Virus record (IMG/VR): IMGVR_UViG_2932454522_000001 | Location: 3,061 to 67,060 of that record | From: a virus | Lineage: Duplodnaviria; Caudoviricetes | Strand: one strand, 5' to 3' | DNA length: 64,000 bases | In this document: one piece after another, positions 54,231-63,097 of the stretch | Position numbering within the stretch: the first letter of the stretch is position 1 | How the letters are laid out: each line of letters opens with the position of its first letter | Notes under the pieces: model-generated | Told to the model about the DNA's origin: nothing | Seen by the model: only the letters and a program-made list of their open reading frames with translations | Databases searched by the model: none | Program-made: the position numbers and the translations under genes

Positions 54231-54267
54231 TTTTACTACGATACAGGAAGGGGGTGGGTTTGTCGGG
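54231..54267 (-). promoter_or_regulatory. Conserved phage promoter motif, copy 4
   Basis: CCCGACA-N15-TGTATCGTAGTAAAA, upstream of DUF932. Confidence 0.8.
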
Positions 54268-54288
54268 CCCGCCCCCGGGGCGGCCGCG

Positions 54289-54645
54289 TCAGTCGGCGTA
54301 GGTCATCTCGCGCACGACCGGCTTGTGCGCGGCCAGCCGCTCGGCCAGCTCCGCGCGCACCTCGGATTCGTCGATCTCGCGGCGCGCGGCGTCCAGCGCG
54401 GCGCACTCGGCGGCGATCTGAAGCGACAGCGCCTCGCGCTGACGCTCGCTCATCGTGGCCGCCGCCAGGGCGCGGCAGGCGATCAGGAGCGTGCGCTTGC
54501 GCTTGGGGTCGCTCTCGCACGCCATCGCGAGCGTGACCTGAGTCCACGCGTCGTTCAGTTCGTCGTGGCCGATCTCGTTCAGGCGGTCGTGCGCCTCGTT
54601 GTACATGCGGTGGGTCTGCTCGGCGTGGCGGTCGAAGCGGTCCAT
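54289..54645 (-). CDS. Hypothetical helical protein
   Basis: Good codon bias; downstream of motif copy 5. Confidence 0.65.
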   Translation of the reverse strand: MDRFDRHAEQTHRMYNEAHDRLNEIGHDELNDAWTQVTLAMACESDPKRKRTLLIACRALAAATMSERQREALSLQIAAECAALDAARREIDESEVRAELAERLAAHKPVVREMTYAD

Positions 54646-54683
54646 CGTGCGGGCCTCGTTCCTGTCGGTGCGGCGTGCTTTCT

Positions 54684-54720
54684 GTCTACGACGATACAGA
54701 CACCCGTCGCGCCTGTCGGG
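54684..54720 (-). promoter_or_regulatory. Conserved phage promoter motif, copy 5
   Basis: CCCGACA-N15-TGTATCGTCGTAGAC. Confidence 0.8.
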
Positions 54721-54754
54721 CTCCCGCACGGTGACCTGCCCGACATCGTCGGGG

Positions 54755-54791
54755 CCCGACATTCAGCCGCCCCGTCTGTATCGTAGTAAAT
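54755..54791 (+). promoter_or_regulatory. Conserved phage promoter motif, copy 6 (divergent from copy 5)
   Basis: CCCGACA-N15-TGTATCGTAGTAAAT. Confidence 0.8.
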
Positions 54792-54890
54792 GTGAACGAG
54801 CGAGGCGCCGCCTCGCTCCGCACCACGCGGCACGCGACCCGCCCCGCTCGTTCACCCCCACACCGCACCGCCCCGCAACAAGGAGCCGAC

Positions 54891-55202
54891 ATGACCCGCC
54901 GCCTGCGCAACACCCTCGCCCTGACCGCCGCAGCCGGCGCCGTCACCGCCGCCGCCGTCATCGGCGCCACCGCCGCCCAGTCCACCCCCGCCCCGGCCCC
55001 GTACGGCCGGGAAACGGCCGACGTCGCCAACGATGCGCTGACCGCCGCGATGAACAAGGTCGGCGCCCATATCAAGGCCGAATGCGCCCACGGCGCGAAG
55101 GCCTGCGACACCGTCCAGGGCGAGGTCAAGGGCCTCGGCCTGGAGTGGGGCAAGGGCTGGCCCGTCGCCTTCCACGCGGACGGCACGTGGGAGATCGAGT
55201 AG
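54891..55202 (+). CDS. Small secreted protein
   Basis: AAGGAG SD; signal peptide MTRRLRNTLALTAAAG...ATAA. Confidence 0.7.
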   Translation: MTRRLRNTLALTAAAGAVTAAAVIGATAAQSTPAPAPYGRETADVANDALTAAMNKVGAHIKAECAHGAKACDTVQGEVKGLGLEWGKGWPVAFHADGTWEIE

Positions 55203-55239
55203 CCCGACAACTGACCCACAGTCCTGTACTGTAGTAAAC
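55203..55239 (+). promoter_or_regulatory. Conserved phage promoter motif, copy 7
   Basis: CCCGACA-N15-TGTACTGTAGTAAAC. Confidence 0.75.
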
Positions 55240-55291
55240 AGAACAAAGACGTTCCCGCCCTCCATGACCGGGGGCGGGGAAGGAGCACATC

Positions 55292-55939
55292 ATGAGCCTC
55301 GCCGACGACATCCACGCGTGGATGAGCGCGCAGACCACCCCCGTGAAGCCGAGCGAGCTTCAGGCCGCCCTCGACGCACGCGACGATCGCGACGTCGCCC
55401 TGTCTCTCGTCGAGATGGAAGTGAAGGACGTCGCCGGGCTGGTCCTGCTGCCCGCCCGGGCGTGGCGCCGCGTGGGCGTGACCGCCTTCAGCTCCCCGCC
55501 CACCCGTCCGGAGAACTACTTCTACGCCACGGTGGAGCAGTACAAGGCCTGGGCCCGGCCGCCCTACTCCGTCATGTGGATCTCCGCCGACGTCATCGGC
55601 GAGACCGACCCCGACGCCTGGACGCGCGGCTACGCCTTCCGGGACCTCACCATCGACGACAGCCGCTACGACATCGACGGCATCTACTCCGACGAATGGT
55701 CCCGCCACTTCTGGACCGGCCACGCCCGCAACGCGGCCGACGCCTACGCCCAGGGCTTCACCAGCGTCGCCTACGACTTTTGGGACCGCTCCGACTTCGA
55801 GTTCGAGGTCGAGGACATCGCCAGCTGTATCGCGGGTGTCCACGCCGAGTTCGTCGACGACGACACCAGCGACCCGGCCTACACCGACGCCCTCGTGGTG
55901 CACTTGAACGCCCGCCGCGCGAAGGCGCAGGCCGCCTGA
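55292..55939 (+). CDS. Hypothetical acidic protein
   Basis: AAGGAG SD; strong codon bias. Confidence 0.75.
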   Translation: MSLADDIHAWMSAQTTPVKPSELQAALDARDDRDVALSLVEMEVKDVAGLVLLPARAWRRVGVTAFSSPPTRPENYFYATVEQYKAWARPPYSVMWISADVIGETDPDAWTRGYAFRDLTIDDSRYDIDGIYSDEWSRHFWTGHARNAADAYAQGFTSVAYDFWDRSDFEFEVEDIASCIAGVHAEFVDDDTSDPAYTDALVVHLNARRAKAQAA

Positions 55940-56169
55940 TGCTGCACGACGTTGACGGCGACGACGATGACGAGATCAACGACGACACCGTTTACTGGGA
56001 AGGCGCGCGGCTGCTCGCCGAGCTGGAGCAGGCCCTCGAAGGGCAGGCGGGCGACAGTCGCGACCGCATCCGGGGCGCCTTCGAGGCCCACGCTCTGGAC
56101 CTGCTGGAGCGCTGCGTGTTGGCCAGCGACATCGACGACGCCCGTAAGCGAATGGAGAGCACGTCATGA
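55939..56169 (+). CDS. Hypothetical protein
   Basis: TGATG coupling. Confidence 0.6.
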   Translation: MLHDVDGDDDDEINDDTVYWEGARLLAELEQALEGQAGDSRDRIRGAFEAHALDLLERCVLASDIDDARKRMESTS

Positions 56170-56462
56170 GCTGTGACCCGCTGGACGCCGCGTACGCGGC
56201 GACGATCCGGCACGAGAAGGCCATGACGGCCGAGCGTGCCCGGGAGCTGATCGGCGAGCACGTCCAGGGCGTGACGCTCGCCGGGGACGGGATCGCCGGC
56301 CGACTGCTCGGCGTCGTCGACGACGAACGGATCCACATCGGCAACGGCCTGTACCAGCGCAAGACGGTCAGGCTCGGGCACTACTACTGGCTGTGGCACA
56401 CCGAGGGCCCGTGGGCCGCATCCAAGGGGCTGCCGCTCGGGGCGAACCGCATCCCGTCCTAA
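56166..56462 (+). CDS. Hypothetical protein
   Basis: ATGA coupling; GGAG SD. Confidence 0.6.
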   Translation: MSCDPLDAAYAATIRHEKAMTAERARELIGEHVQGVTLAGDGIAGRLLGVVDDERIHIGNGLYQRKTVRLGHYYWLWHTEGPWAASKGLPLGANRIPS

Positions 56463-57036
56463 CGCCTGCCCTTCTACCTATCGCGCGGGCGTCGGACGCG
56501 ACAGCGCAACGGCGAACGGACGGGCCGTGCTTCCCGCACCCACACGGCCCGCCGCTCCGGCAGCGGCCCCCACTGCCGGGGAGTCCACCGCCCTGCACCT
56601 CGGCGCCGTGGGGGAACGATGCCGTCGGGATTTCAGGACGGTGAGCTCCTATATCCAGATATACGTCCCGGCTGCACAGGCCCGAAGGGCTACCCGGCCC
56701 CGCCCGAGGGGGCCGAATGCCCCTTCTCGCGGACCCGAGGGGCCCCAGGAGTAGGACGCCCGCCGGGCGATCGCGCATCCGTCTCATCAGGCCGCGGGCG
56801 GGTGTTTCATGACGCGAGCAGTCTCGCCAACCCGAAGCGACCTCAAAGCGCGTCCGCACATCTCGTGCGGCACCATGCCCGCCCACGGCCCGCTGGGTTC
56901 AACGATCAGAGCGGCCCGGCGGCACCCCACGGGGGAGAGGAGGGCCGCCGGGCCGGTCCGGTGGAAGAGTCCCGAAGCAGGTCGCGGTGGGAGGGGGCGA
57001 GTGTCCCGGGCTCTGAACCGAGCGTGACACACGCAC

Positions 57037-57163
57037 CAGGGGGTCCACTCGGTTTCGCCGAATCTTTCCCCGTACGGGAAACACCCCCCCAAAAAATAGT
57101 GAGCCAAGCACCTCATTTACCGAGGTCAGTGGGGGTCCGTGGGGGGTCCTCAGGGGGTCCACT
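57037..57163. repeat. GGGGGTCC repeat cluster around an AT-richer core
   Basis: cagggggtccact at 57037 and 57151; GGGGGTCC at 57131, 57142 and 57153 (11-bp period); near-palindrome tttccccgtacgggaaa at 57065. Confidence 0.55.
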
Positions 57164-57311
57164 GCGCGCGTCGTCGTCGTGTTGGGCTTCAGGCGGGCAG
57201 CCGGGACAGGGGTCGGGAAGGCGCTGTGCGGGTCCGTGGGCGCCGCGCAGTAGGCGTGTGACCTCTTGGGTGACGGCGGCGTGTTCGTCGTCTGTGAGGC
57301 ACGCTGGCCAG

Positions 57312-57866
57312 ATGCAGGGATCAGACATTGACGGGGTCCGTTTCGGGCGGGAGCGCTCGGAGTGGGTGTGGGACCGGGTGTGGTTGCAGGCCGTCGATGA
57401 GGCCGCCCCGGATGACGTGGTGCGCCTGGCGGCGATCGTCGGCACGGTGCGGGTGACGCTCGCGCGCCGGGGTGAGCTGTGCCGGATGCGGCTGGGGGAC
57501 TACAAGCCGGTGGTGCGCAAACTGACCGTGGCGCGTACGAAGTTCGCGCAGCTGCACACCGTGGACGTGGACGATCCGTTGGCGCGGGTCCTGGACGAGT
57601 GGCGTAAGCGGCGGCGCTTGTTGGTGCGGGAGCTGGAGGGCACCGATCACGGGGCGCTGTTCGTGACGTGCCATCACACGATGTGGCGCGGCGCCGAGGG
57701 GCCGGTGACCAAGCAAGTGGGGCTGCCCCTTCAGGAGCCGGGGGTGTTGTGGGCCTGGAAGCGGTGGGCGCAGCGCACCAATGCCGAGTGCGCCGGCGAC
57801 TATCGGTGGGAGCCGTTGCCGACGCGGTTCGAGGAGATCCGACAAGGGTTCCGTACGCCGTACTAG
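57312..57866 (+). CDS. Tyrosine-recombinase-like catalytic-domain fragment lacking HxxR and the C-terminal catalytic region
   Basis: TLARRGELCRMRLGD (box I-like), RTK and ALFVT motifs; ends at TRFEEIRQGFRTPY; start uncertain. Confidence 0.55.
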   Translation: MQGSDIDGVRFGRERSEWVWDRVWLQAVDEAAPDDVVRLAAIVGTVRVTLARRGELCRMRLGDYKPVVRKLTVARTKFAQLHTVDVDDPLARVLDEWRKRRRLLVRELEGTDHGALFVTCHHTMWRGAEGPVTKQVGLPLQEPGVLWAWKRWAQRTNAECAGDYRWEPLPTRFEEIRQGFRTPY

Positions 57867-58171
57867 GCGAACAGGTCGGCGAACTGGGACAGGCCGGTGC
57901 CGATGCAGACGCCGGCGGCGATGCACTGGGCGGCGAGGGTGAGGCGGGAGCGGGGCGGGAAGGCGTCCTGGTGTTCCTGCCACATGCGCTGCGTCCAGTC
58001 GGCTGGCATCGCGGCGTTTGCTTCCCTGGCCGTATCGACGCGGGCAAGCCACTCGCGCATGACCTGGGTCTGGCGTTGGTGGAAGTTGGCCAGGTAGGTG
58101 CGGGCGGCGAACACCCAGATCACGCCGGCGGAAGTCCAGATACTGGCGCTGAGCGCGTCCCATGGGCTCAT
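57863..58171 (-). CDS. Small two-TM membrane protein
   Basis: Hydrophobic N- and C-terminal segments; ATGA coupling. Confidence 0.6.
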   Translation of the reverse strand: MSPWDALSASIWTSAGVIWVFAARTYLANFHQRQTQVMREWLARVDTAREANAAMPADWTQRMWQEHQDAFPPRSRLTLAAQCIAAGVCIGTGLSQFADLFA

Positions 58172-58548
58172 GAGGCGGCTTCGTCGTCGTTGAAGTGGTG
58201 CAGGACGTGGTCGAGGTCGGGATCGTGCAGGGTGCGGTGCATGACGTCGCGGACCAGGCGCGCGAAGCCTGCGTCGCCATCGGGGGGCGTGCCGCGCCGG
58301 GGGGTGTCGGCCATGTAGGAGATGGCGTGGGCGAGGGTCGCGGCGGCAGCGAGGAACTTCATGGACGCGCGCATCCCGGCGTCGAATTCGAGGCCGTAGG
58401 GGTCGTCGGGGCCGCGCAGTTCGCGGCGCTGGCGCTCGTCGAACAGGGCGCGCGGCATTTGCTCGATGGCGGCCGACAGGTTCAGGGCGCCGGTTGCCAT
58501 GTGGGTGCGTAGTTCGGCGGGCGTCATCTGCGCCGGGGCGTCTGTCAC
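58168..58548 (-). CDS. Hypothetical protein
   Basis: GTGA coupling within the leftward operon. Confidence 0.65.
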   Translation of the reverse strand: MTDAPAQMTPAELRTHMATGALNLSAAIEQMPRALFDERQRRELRGPDDPYGLEFDAGMRASMKFLAAAATLAHAISYMADTPRRGTPPDGDAGFARLVRDVMHRTLHDPDLDHVLHHFNDDEAAS

Positions 58549-58940
58549 TGCGGGCCGTCCGTGTGGAGGTGGCTGAGCATGTGGTGCATGAGCCGGTCGT
58601 GGATCAGGGCGTCGGTGTAGGTGACGACGGTGTCGGTCATGACGCGGTCCACGGGGCCGGGGTCGGTGTAGCTGAGGGGTTCGGTGAAGTGGCGCAGGGC
58701 CAAGCCGTACACGGTCAGGGCCCGGGTCAGCGTCGCGAGGCCGTGGGCGGCCATGTGGTAGGCGAGCTGTTGTTCCTGATTCAGGTCGCGGCGTGCGATG
58801 ACTGCCTTGCGGCCCTGCTCGGTCCACATCTCCTCGGGCAGGCTCTCGACCGTCTTGAGGGTGTCGCCCATCAGCGTCAGGGCGGCCCGCCGGATCTTCT
58901 GGGCTTCGGCGGCCGTCGCCTGGGGATCGGTGTCGCTCAC
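58545..58940 (-). CDS. Hypothetical protein
   Basis: AAGGA SD; GTGA coupling. Confidence 0.65.
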   Translation of the reverse strand: MSDTDPQATAAEAQKIRRAALTLMGDTLKTVESLPEEMWTEQGRKAVIARRDLNQEQQLAYHMAAHGLATLTRALTVYGLALRHFTEPLSYTDPGPVDRVMTDTVVTYTDALIHDRLMHHMLSHLHTDGPQ

Positions 58941-60427
58941 GTGGGGTCCTTGTACTGGTAGACGGTGTTGGACAGGCGGAACGGGGCGCCCTCGGGGCCG
59001 CGCGGGTATTCGAGGATGGTCACTTCCTCGTGCAGGCAGGCGTCGCCGAGTTCGGCATGGCGGCGGGTGTTGGGGCACTGCTGCTTGGTGTGCTCGCGCA
59101 CCAGCTCGCGGTACTCCATGGGTCCGCGCGGGGCGCCGACGCCGCCCGCGGATTCGCGGCGCGGTTTGCTGCGGCCGTGGCCGATGGTGACGAGGTTGAC
59201 CGTGCCGTCGTCGACGATGCCCGCGCGCCGGTCACGGCGTGCCTCAACGGGCTTGCGCGGGCGGGGGATGATGTCGGTGACCGGTCGGCCGGCGGCCTGG
59301 CCGCGTCCTTGGGTGAACAGTTCCCAGCAGGCGACGACGTGGCGCATGAACCACTCCCGCGACGCCGGGGTGGGGGTGCCTTCGGCGAAGGGCACGCCGT
59401 GCGCGATGAGGCGTTCTTGCTCCCACACCAGCGGGGCTTTCGGCAGGCCCGGGGCGTCGAGGGCCCGGGGAGTGTAGAGGGTGACCCACCACGACGGGGT
59501 ATCGAGGTCGGCGAACGGTTCGCCGAGCGGGAAGCGGCGCGCGGCGGCCAGGCCGAGGTGCCCGTCCGGGGTGGTGTCGCTGACGCTGTTCCACGGTCCC
59601 CAGGAGGCGGCCACGATGGGGGCGGTGCCATGGGACTCGACCGGGGCGGGGAAGAACAGCATCCCGTAGGTGGAGGGCACGCGGTGCGCGGCGAGAGGCA
59701 GGGTGCGCGGGCGGGCGGCTTTGCGCTCGACGACGGGCCAGGACGCGGGCTCCATCCACCACAGCTTGGCCCGTGCCAGCCGCTGGGCTTCGGCTTCGAC
59801 CAGGACGCGGGCGGCGTCGTAGGGCTCCATGTTCGCGGGGATGACGGAGGCTTTGTTCATGGTGAGCGCAACGGCGACGGACTCGACGAGGGCGTCGGTG
59901 CGCGTCCCGTCGAACATCCAGCGGCGCCACTTGGGGAACTTGCGCGGGTCCGGTGTCCACCCGGGCGTGGCCATGGCGGTGAAGTCGATCAGGACGGGCC
60001 AGCGGCCCTTGCGGCGTGCCTTGGCGCTCAGGCCGGCGAGGGCGGCGATCACGATGACGAGGACTTCGTCGCTCGCCTCGGTCAGATAGTCCTCGAACAG
60101 GTCGGTGTGGCGGTCGATCTGGCGCAACAGCAGCGAGGCGACGCGGGTGTTGGTGACGGTGTCGGCAGAGGAGCGCGCGTTGGCCAGGGACTGGGTGGCG
60201 TGGGTGAAGCCGGTCCAGGACCCGAACTCGATCATGACGTGTTCGTGGGCTTGATGGACCATGAGGCGGATCAACTCAGGGCCGTCTCCGGAGGCGACGA
60301 TGCCGCGCACGTGCGCGGCGACCGTGTCGCCGGCGCGCCGCTCGTAGGACTCCTCTGCGACATCCAACAGGCGGTCTAGTTGCGCGAGTTGGGCGGGCGT
60401 TGCGGCGACCATCATGGGCTGTGTCAT
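58937..60427 (-). CDS. Hypothetical phage protein (496 aa)
   Basis: ATGA coupling; C-terminal VREHTKQQ...EYPRGPEGAPF resembles the VRGHWR...KGP motif of uncharacterised phage proteins. Confidence 0.7.
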   Translation of the reverse strand: MTQPMMVAATPAQLAQLDRLLDVAEESYERRAGDTVAAHVRGIVASGDGPELIRLMVHQAHEHVMIEFGSWTGFTHATQSLANARSSADTVTNTRVASLLLRQIDRHTDLFEDYLTEASDEVLVIVIAALAGLSAKARRKGRWPVLIDFTAMATPGWTPDPRKFPKWRRWMFDGTRTDALVESVAVALTMNKASVIPANMEPYDAARVLVEAEAQRLARAKLWWMEPASWPVVERKAARPRTLPLAAHRVPSTYGMLFFPAPVESHGTAPIVAASWGPWNSVSDTTPDGHLGLAAARRFPLGEPFADLDTPSWWVTLYTPRALDAPGLPKAPLVWEQERLIAHGVPFAEGTPTPASREWFMRHVVACWELFTQGRGQAAGRPVTDIIPRPRKPVEARRDRRAGIVDDGTVNLVTIGHGRSKPRRESAGGVGAPRGPMEYRELVREHTKQQCPNTRRHAELGDACLHEEVTILEYPRGPEGAPFRLSNTVYQYKDPT

Positions 60428-60726
60428 GGCAGTACGTCTCGTGTGGTGGGGATGAGGTCGGCGTGGAAGCCGCAGCAGATTTCCAGCAGCAGCGCGTTGG
60501 GCTCGACGCCCAGGGCTTCGTCGCCGGCATCGAAGCGGGAGTGTCCGTACCACGCGACACGGGAGGCCGGGGTGCAGAACCCGAGGGTCGCGGGGAAACG
60601 CCACGGGGTCTCCCAGCGCAGCCAGATGTCGCCCATCCGCCCTCGGGCGTCGTCCCTGGCGGGCTCGGCGAGGGTCCATCCCCACTCGGCCGGATCGAAG
60701 TCGGGCGGCAGCTCAATCAGGAACAC
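60424..60726 (-). CDS. Hypothetical protein
   Basis: Coupled ORF; start uncertain. Confidence 0.55.
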   Translation of the reverse strand: MFLIELPPDFDPAEWGWTLAEPARDDARGRMGDIWLRWETPWRFPATLGFCTPASRVAWYGHSRFDAGDEALGVEPNALLLEICCGFHADLIPTTRDVLP

Positions 60727-61231
60727 TCTGGCCCCAGGGCTGCATGCGGACATCGGTGCGCAGCCTGACGACGGCGCTGCGGACGTCTTCCAGGGCTTCG
60801 TCGATGCCGTCGAGGAGAGCTTTGCGCGTCTCGTCGTCCATACGCTCCCCGGTGCATGCGGCGGACGCGGTGACGTTAGACAGGGCTGCCAGGTGCAACG
60901 CGGCGACGACGGCAGGCACGCCCGGGATATCCGGGCGCAGCAGCGTCATGGACTCGGCCGACAGGCGCGCTAGGCAGTCGGCCAGACGCGTATTCGTGAA
61001 CCGTGCTGCGTCGTTGGCCAAAGCGCTCGCAGCGCCGGCGGCCATGAACTGCAACGCATCCTCTTCATCGAACGGCACGCACTCCGTCGCGGCGCTGATG
61101 CGATGCTCCATGACCATGGACAGCATGCCGTGGGCGTACAGCACGTCCGACGGGGGCCACGGGCCCTCGGGCAAGATGCCGGGCGGTGCGCCGAGTGCGG
61201 CAAAGACGGCGCGGAGTTGTTCCTCGTTCAC
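60713..61231 (-). CDS. Hypothetical protein
   Basis: GTGA coupling. Confidence 0.6.
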   Translation of the reverse strand: MNEEQLRAVFAALGAPPGILPEGPWPPSDVLYAHGMLSMVMEHRISAATECVPFDEEDALQFMAAGAASALANDAARFTNTRLADCLARLSAESMTLLRPDIPGVPAVVAALHLAALSNVTASAACTGERMDDETRKALLDGIDEALEDVRSAVVRLRTDVRMQPWGQSVPD

Positions 61232-61587
61232 GTGAACAGGTTCCAGTCGATCGGGATCAGGGCTTCCAGTTCCAGCGGCTGCACGGGGCGCCACAGGTCA
61301 CCGTCGGCTTTGAGAGGGTCGGGATAGTGCTCGTACAGGCGCACCAGCGGCACCAGGCCGACGCCGTAGACGATGCGCTGCTGGGCGGCGACGCTGGCGT
61401 AGGTCTGCTCGATCGCGGCGCGCAGGAACAGCGCTTCCATCTCTTGGGCCGGTTCGGTGGGGTCGTGCGAGCACACGACCAGGGACAGCGTTGTCACATC
61501 GGACAGCTGCCACGTCTGGGCTTCGAGGAGGCGCCGGCCGCCGTGGTGGATGACCACGGGACCGGCGCCCAGGAGTTTCGCCCTCAC
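61228..61587 (-). CDS. Hypothetical protein
   Basis: GAGG SD; coupled ORF. Confidence 0.6.
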   Translation of the reverse strand: MRAKLLGAGPVVIHHGGRRLLEAQTWQLSDVTTLSLVVCSHDPTEPAQEMEALFLRAAIEQTYASVAAQQRIVYGVGLVPLVRLYEHYPDPLKADGDLWRPVQPLELEALIPIDWNLFT

Positions 61588-61612
61588 GCACCGACCGCCT
61601 CGGTGGGTGTAC

Positions 61613-62989
61613 TCATGCGGCTTGCTCCTTGGCCTTGTGCAGCTTGGGCAGGAACGGAGCGTTCTCCGGCCTCAGCGGGAACGCAGGCAAGTCCCGGGGG
61701 ATCACGAAGTTCTTGCGCGGCGACATCTGACTGACGGAGTTGTGCTGAAGGGTGTTCACCCACGCCTTCAAGATCAGGTACAGGTGGAACGGCGCCCTCT
61801 GCTTGCCGACGTCCATGCGGTTGTACTCGCTGGTGTCGGCCGTCATCAGGTAATCCCGCAGCGCCGCCGAGGGGTCGCCGGCCTGAAGGTTGTAGCCGTG
61901 GTGCAGCCGGTCGAACCACTGCCAGATGTAGTCCTGCTCCCTGTCGTCGGTGTAGTGCCGGGACAGCAGGTAGTGCGCGGTGATCGCGGCTGTCTTGTTG
62001 AAGCCGCGCTGCATCAGCTTGGAGCCCCAGTACATCGACTGGCGCACGTCAGCGTTGTCGTCGAGGTGCTTGACCTGCTGGTCCTCGGAGACGAAAGCGT
62101 GCGACCACTCCGACTGCGGCAGCTTGTCGTACATGTAGAGCAGCCGCAGTACCGCTCCGAGCTGGTTGGCGTTCGACTCGCCCAGGCCGTGAAGGGTGTT
62201 GGCGACGGTGCGCCGACGCTGCCGGTCGATGTAGCGGAACATGCCGCGCGGCACGTTGTGCCAGACCATGAACGGCACTTCCAACTTGGAGTTGCCCTCG
62301 GGGTTGAGCGGGTCGGTGGCCCACAGCAGCGCGAACAGGCGCGTCATACCGTCCAGCGGCAGCCCGTCGGGGTCCAGGAGGATGCCGTGCAGGATCGCGG
62401 CCCACTCCTTGCGCAGCATCGCCCGCCCGTAGCGCTTTTCGGTGACGGGGGAGCGCTTGCGCTGGTAGGCGGGAATCTTGGCGGTCCACTCCAGCGCCGT
62501 CTTGCGGTCGATCATCATCGGCTTGGCCACGCACTGCTCGAACGCGGTCAGAGAGAAGATGTCGACCTGATCGGCCTTCGTCATCGCCCGGATCCCGAAG
62601 TCGTCCGGGTGCCCGGCCGCCACCGGCACGGGTACCTCGGCCACCGCGGGCTTGTCGGCGTACGCGGTCCCTGCGAACAGGGCTGTGGCGACGGCGGCGT
62701 CGGCTTCCTTGGCAGCCTTGACGCGCGCGTCGCGCGCGGCCGTCTTCGATGCGCGGTACAGGTCGTAAGTCCAGCCGATGCGGCGCAGTCTGGTCAGGCA
62801 GTTGTTGAAGGACCGGTCGTTCTCGAACTTCAAGCCGATGCCGGTCGCGGCTGCGCCGTGGCCGCTCTCCTTGCGCTCCAGGTTCACCGCCCACCAGCCG
62901 TGGCCGTTGCGGCGCTCTTCGGTGCAGGTGAAGCCCTGTGTCTTGTGGATCTTCTTGGCGAGACTTTCGGGTGATTCGAGCTGCGGCAT
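61613..62989 (-). CDS. ParB-like domain protein with a HicA-like N-terminal module
   Basis: YQRKRS...Y.RAM...W.....I.LD.DG..LDG.TRL.AL; N-terminal GF....R.GH...DRSFNNCLTRLRRIGW; start uncertain. Confidence 0.6.
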   Translation of the reverse strand: MPQLESPESLAKKIHKTQGFTCTEERRNGHGWWAVNLERKESGHGAAATGIGLKFENDRSFNNCLTRLRRIGWTYDLYRASKTAARDARVKAAKEADAAVATALFAGTAYADKPAVAEVPVPVAAGHPDDFGIRAMTKADQVDIFSLTAFEQCVAKPMMIDRKTALEWTAKIPAYQRKRSPVTEKRYGRAMLRKEWAAILHGILLDPDGLPLDGMTRLFALLWATDPLNPEGNSKLEVPFMVWHNVPRGMFRYIDRQRRRTVANTLHGLGESNANQLGAVLRLLYMYDKLPQSEWSHAFVSEDQQVKHLDDNADVRQSMYWGSKLMQRGFNKTAAITAHYLLSRHYTDDREQDYIWQWFDRLHHGYNLQAGDPSAALRDYLMTADTSEYNRMDVGKQRAPFHLYLILKAWVNTLQHNSVSQMSPRKNFVIPRDLPAFPLRPENAPFLPKLHKAKEQAA

Positions 62990-63097
62990 GTGCGTGTGCG
63001 TCTTTCTGGACAGGAAGCGCATCCCCAGGTCAGTGCGCCCGTGCGGACTGGGACGAAGGCCCGGCCGCGAACGGCCGGGCACAGGCGGATAGTTCGG

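Noticed and set aside
50564-55239. Dispersed repeats read as a CRISPR or guide-RNA array
   Set aside because: The copies are separated by whole genes, oriented with transcription and have promoter geometry; no cas-like genes were seen.
50564-55239. TGTCGG read as the PafBC/RecA-NDp DNA-damage promoter
   Set aside because: TGTCGG lies on the strand opposite to the downstream genes, and the spacing to a TAnnnT element does not fit that motif.
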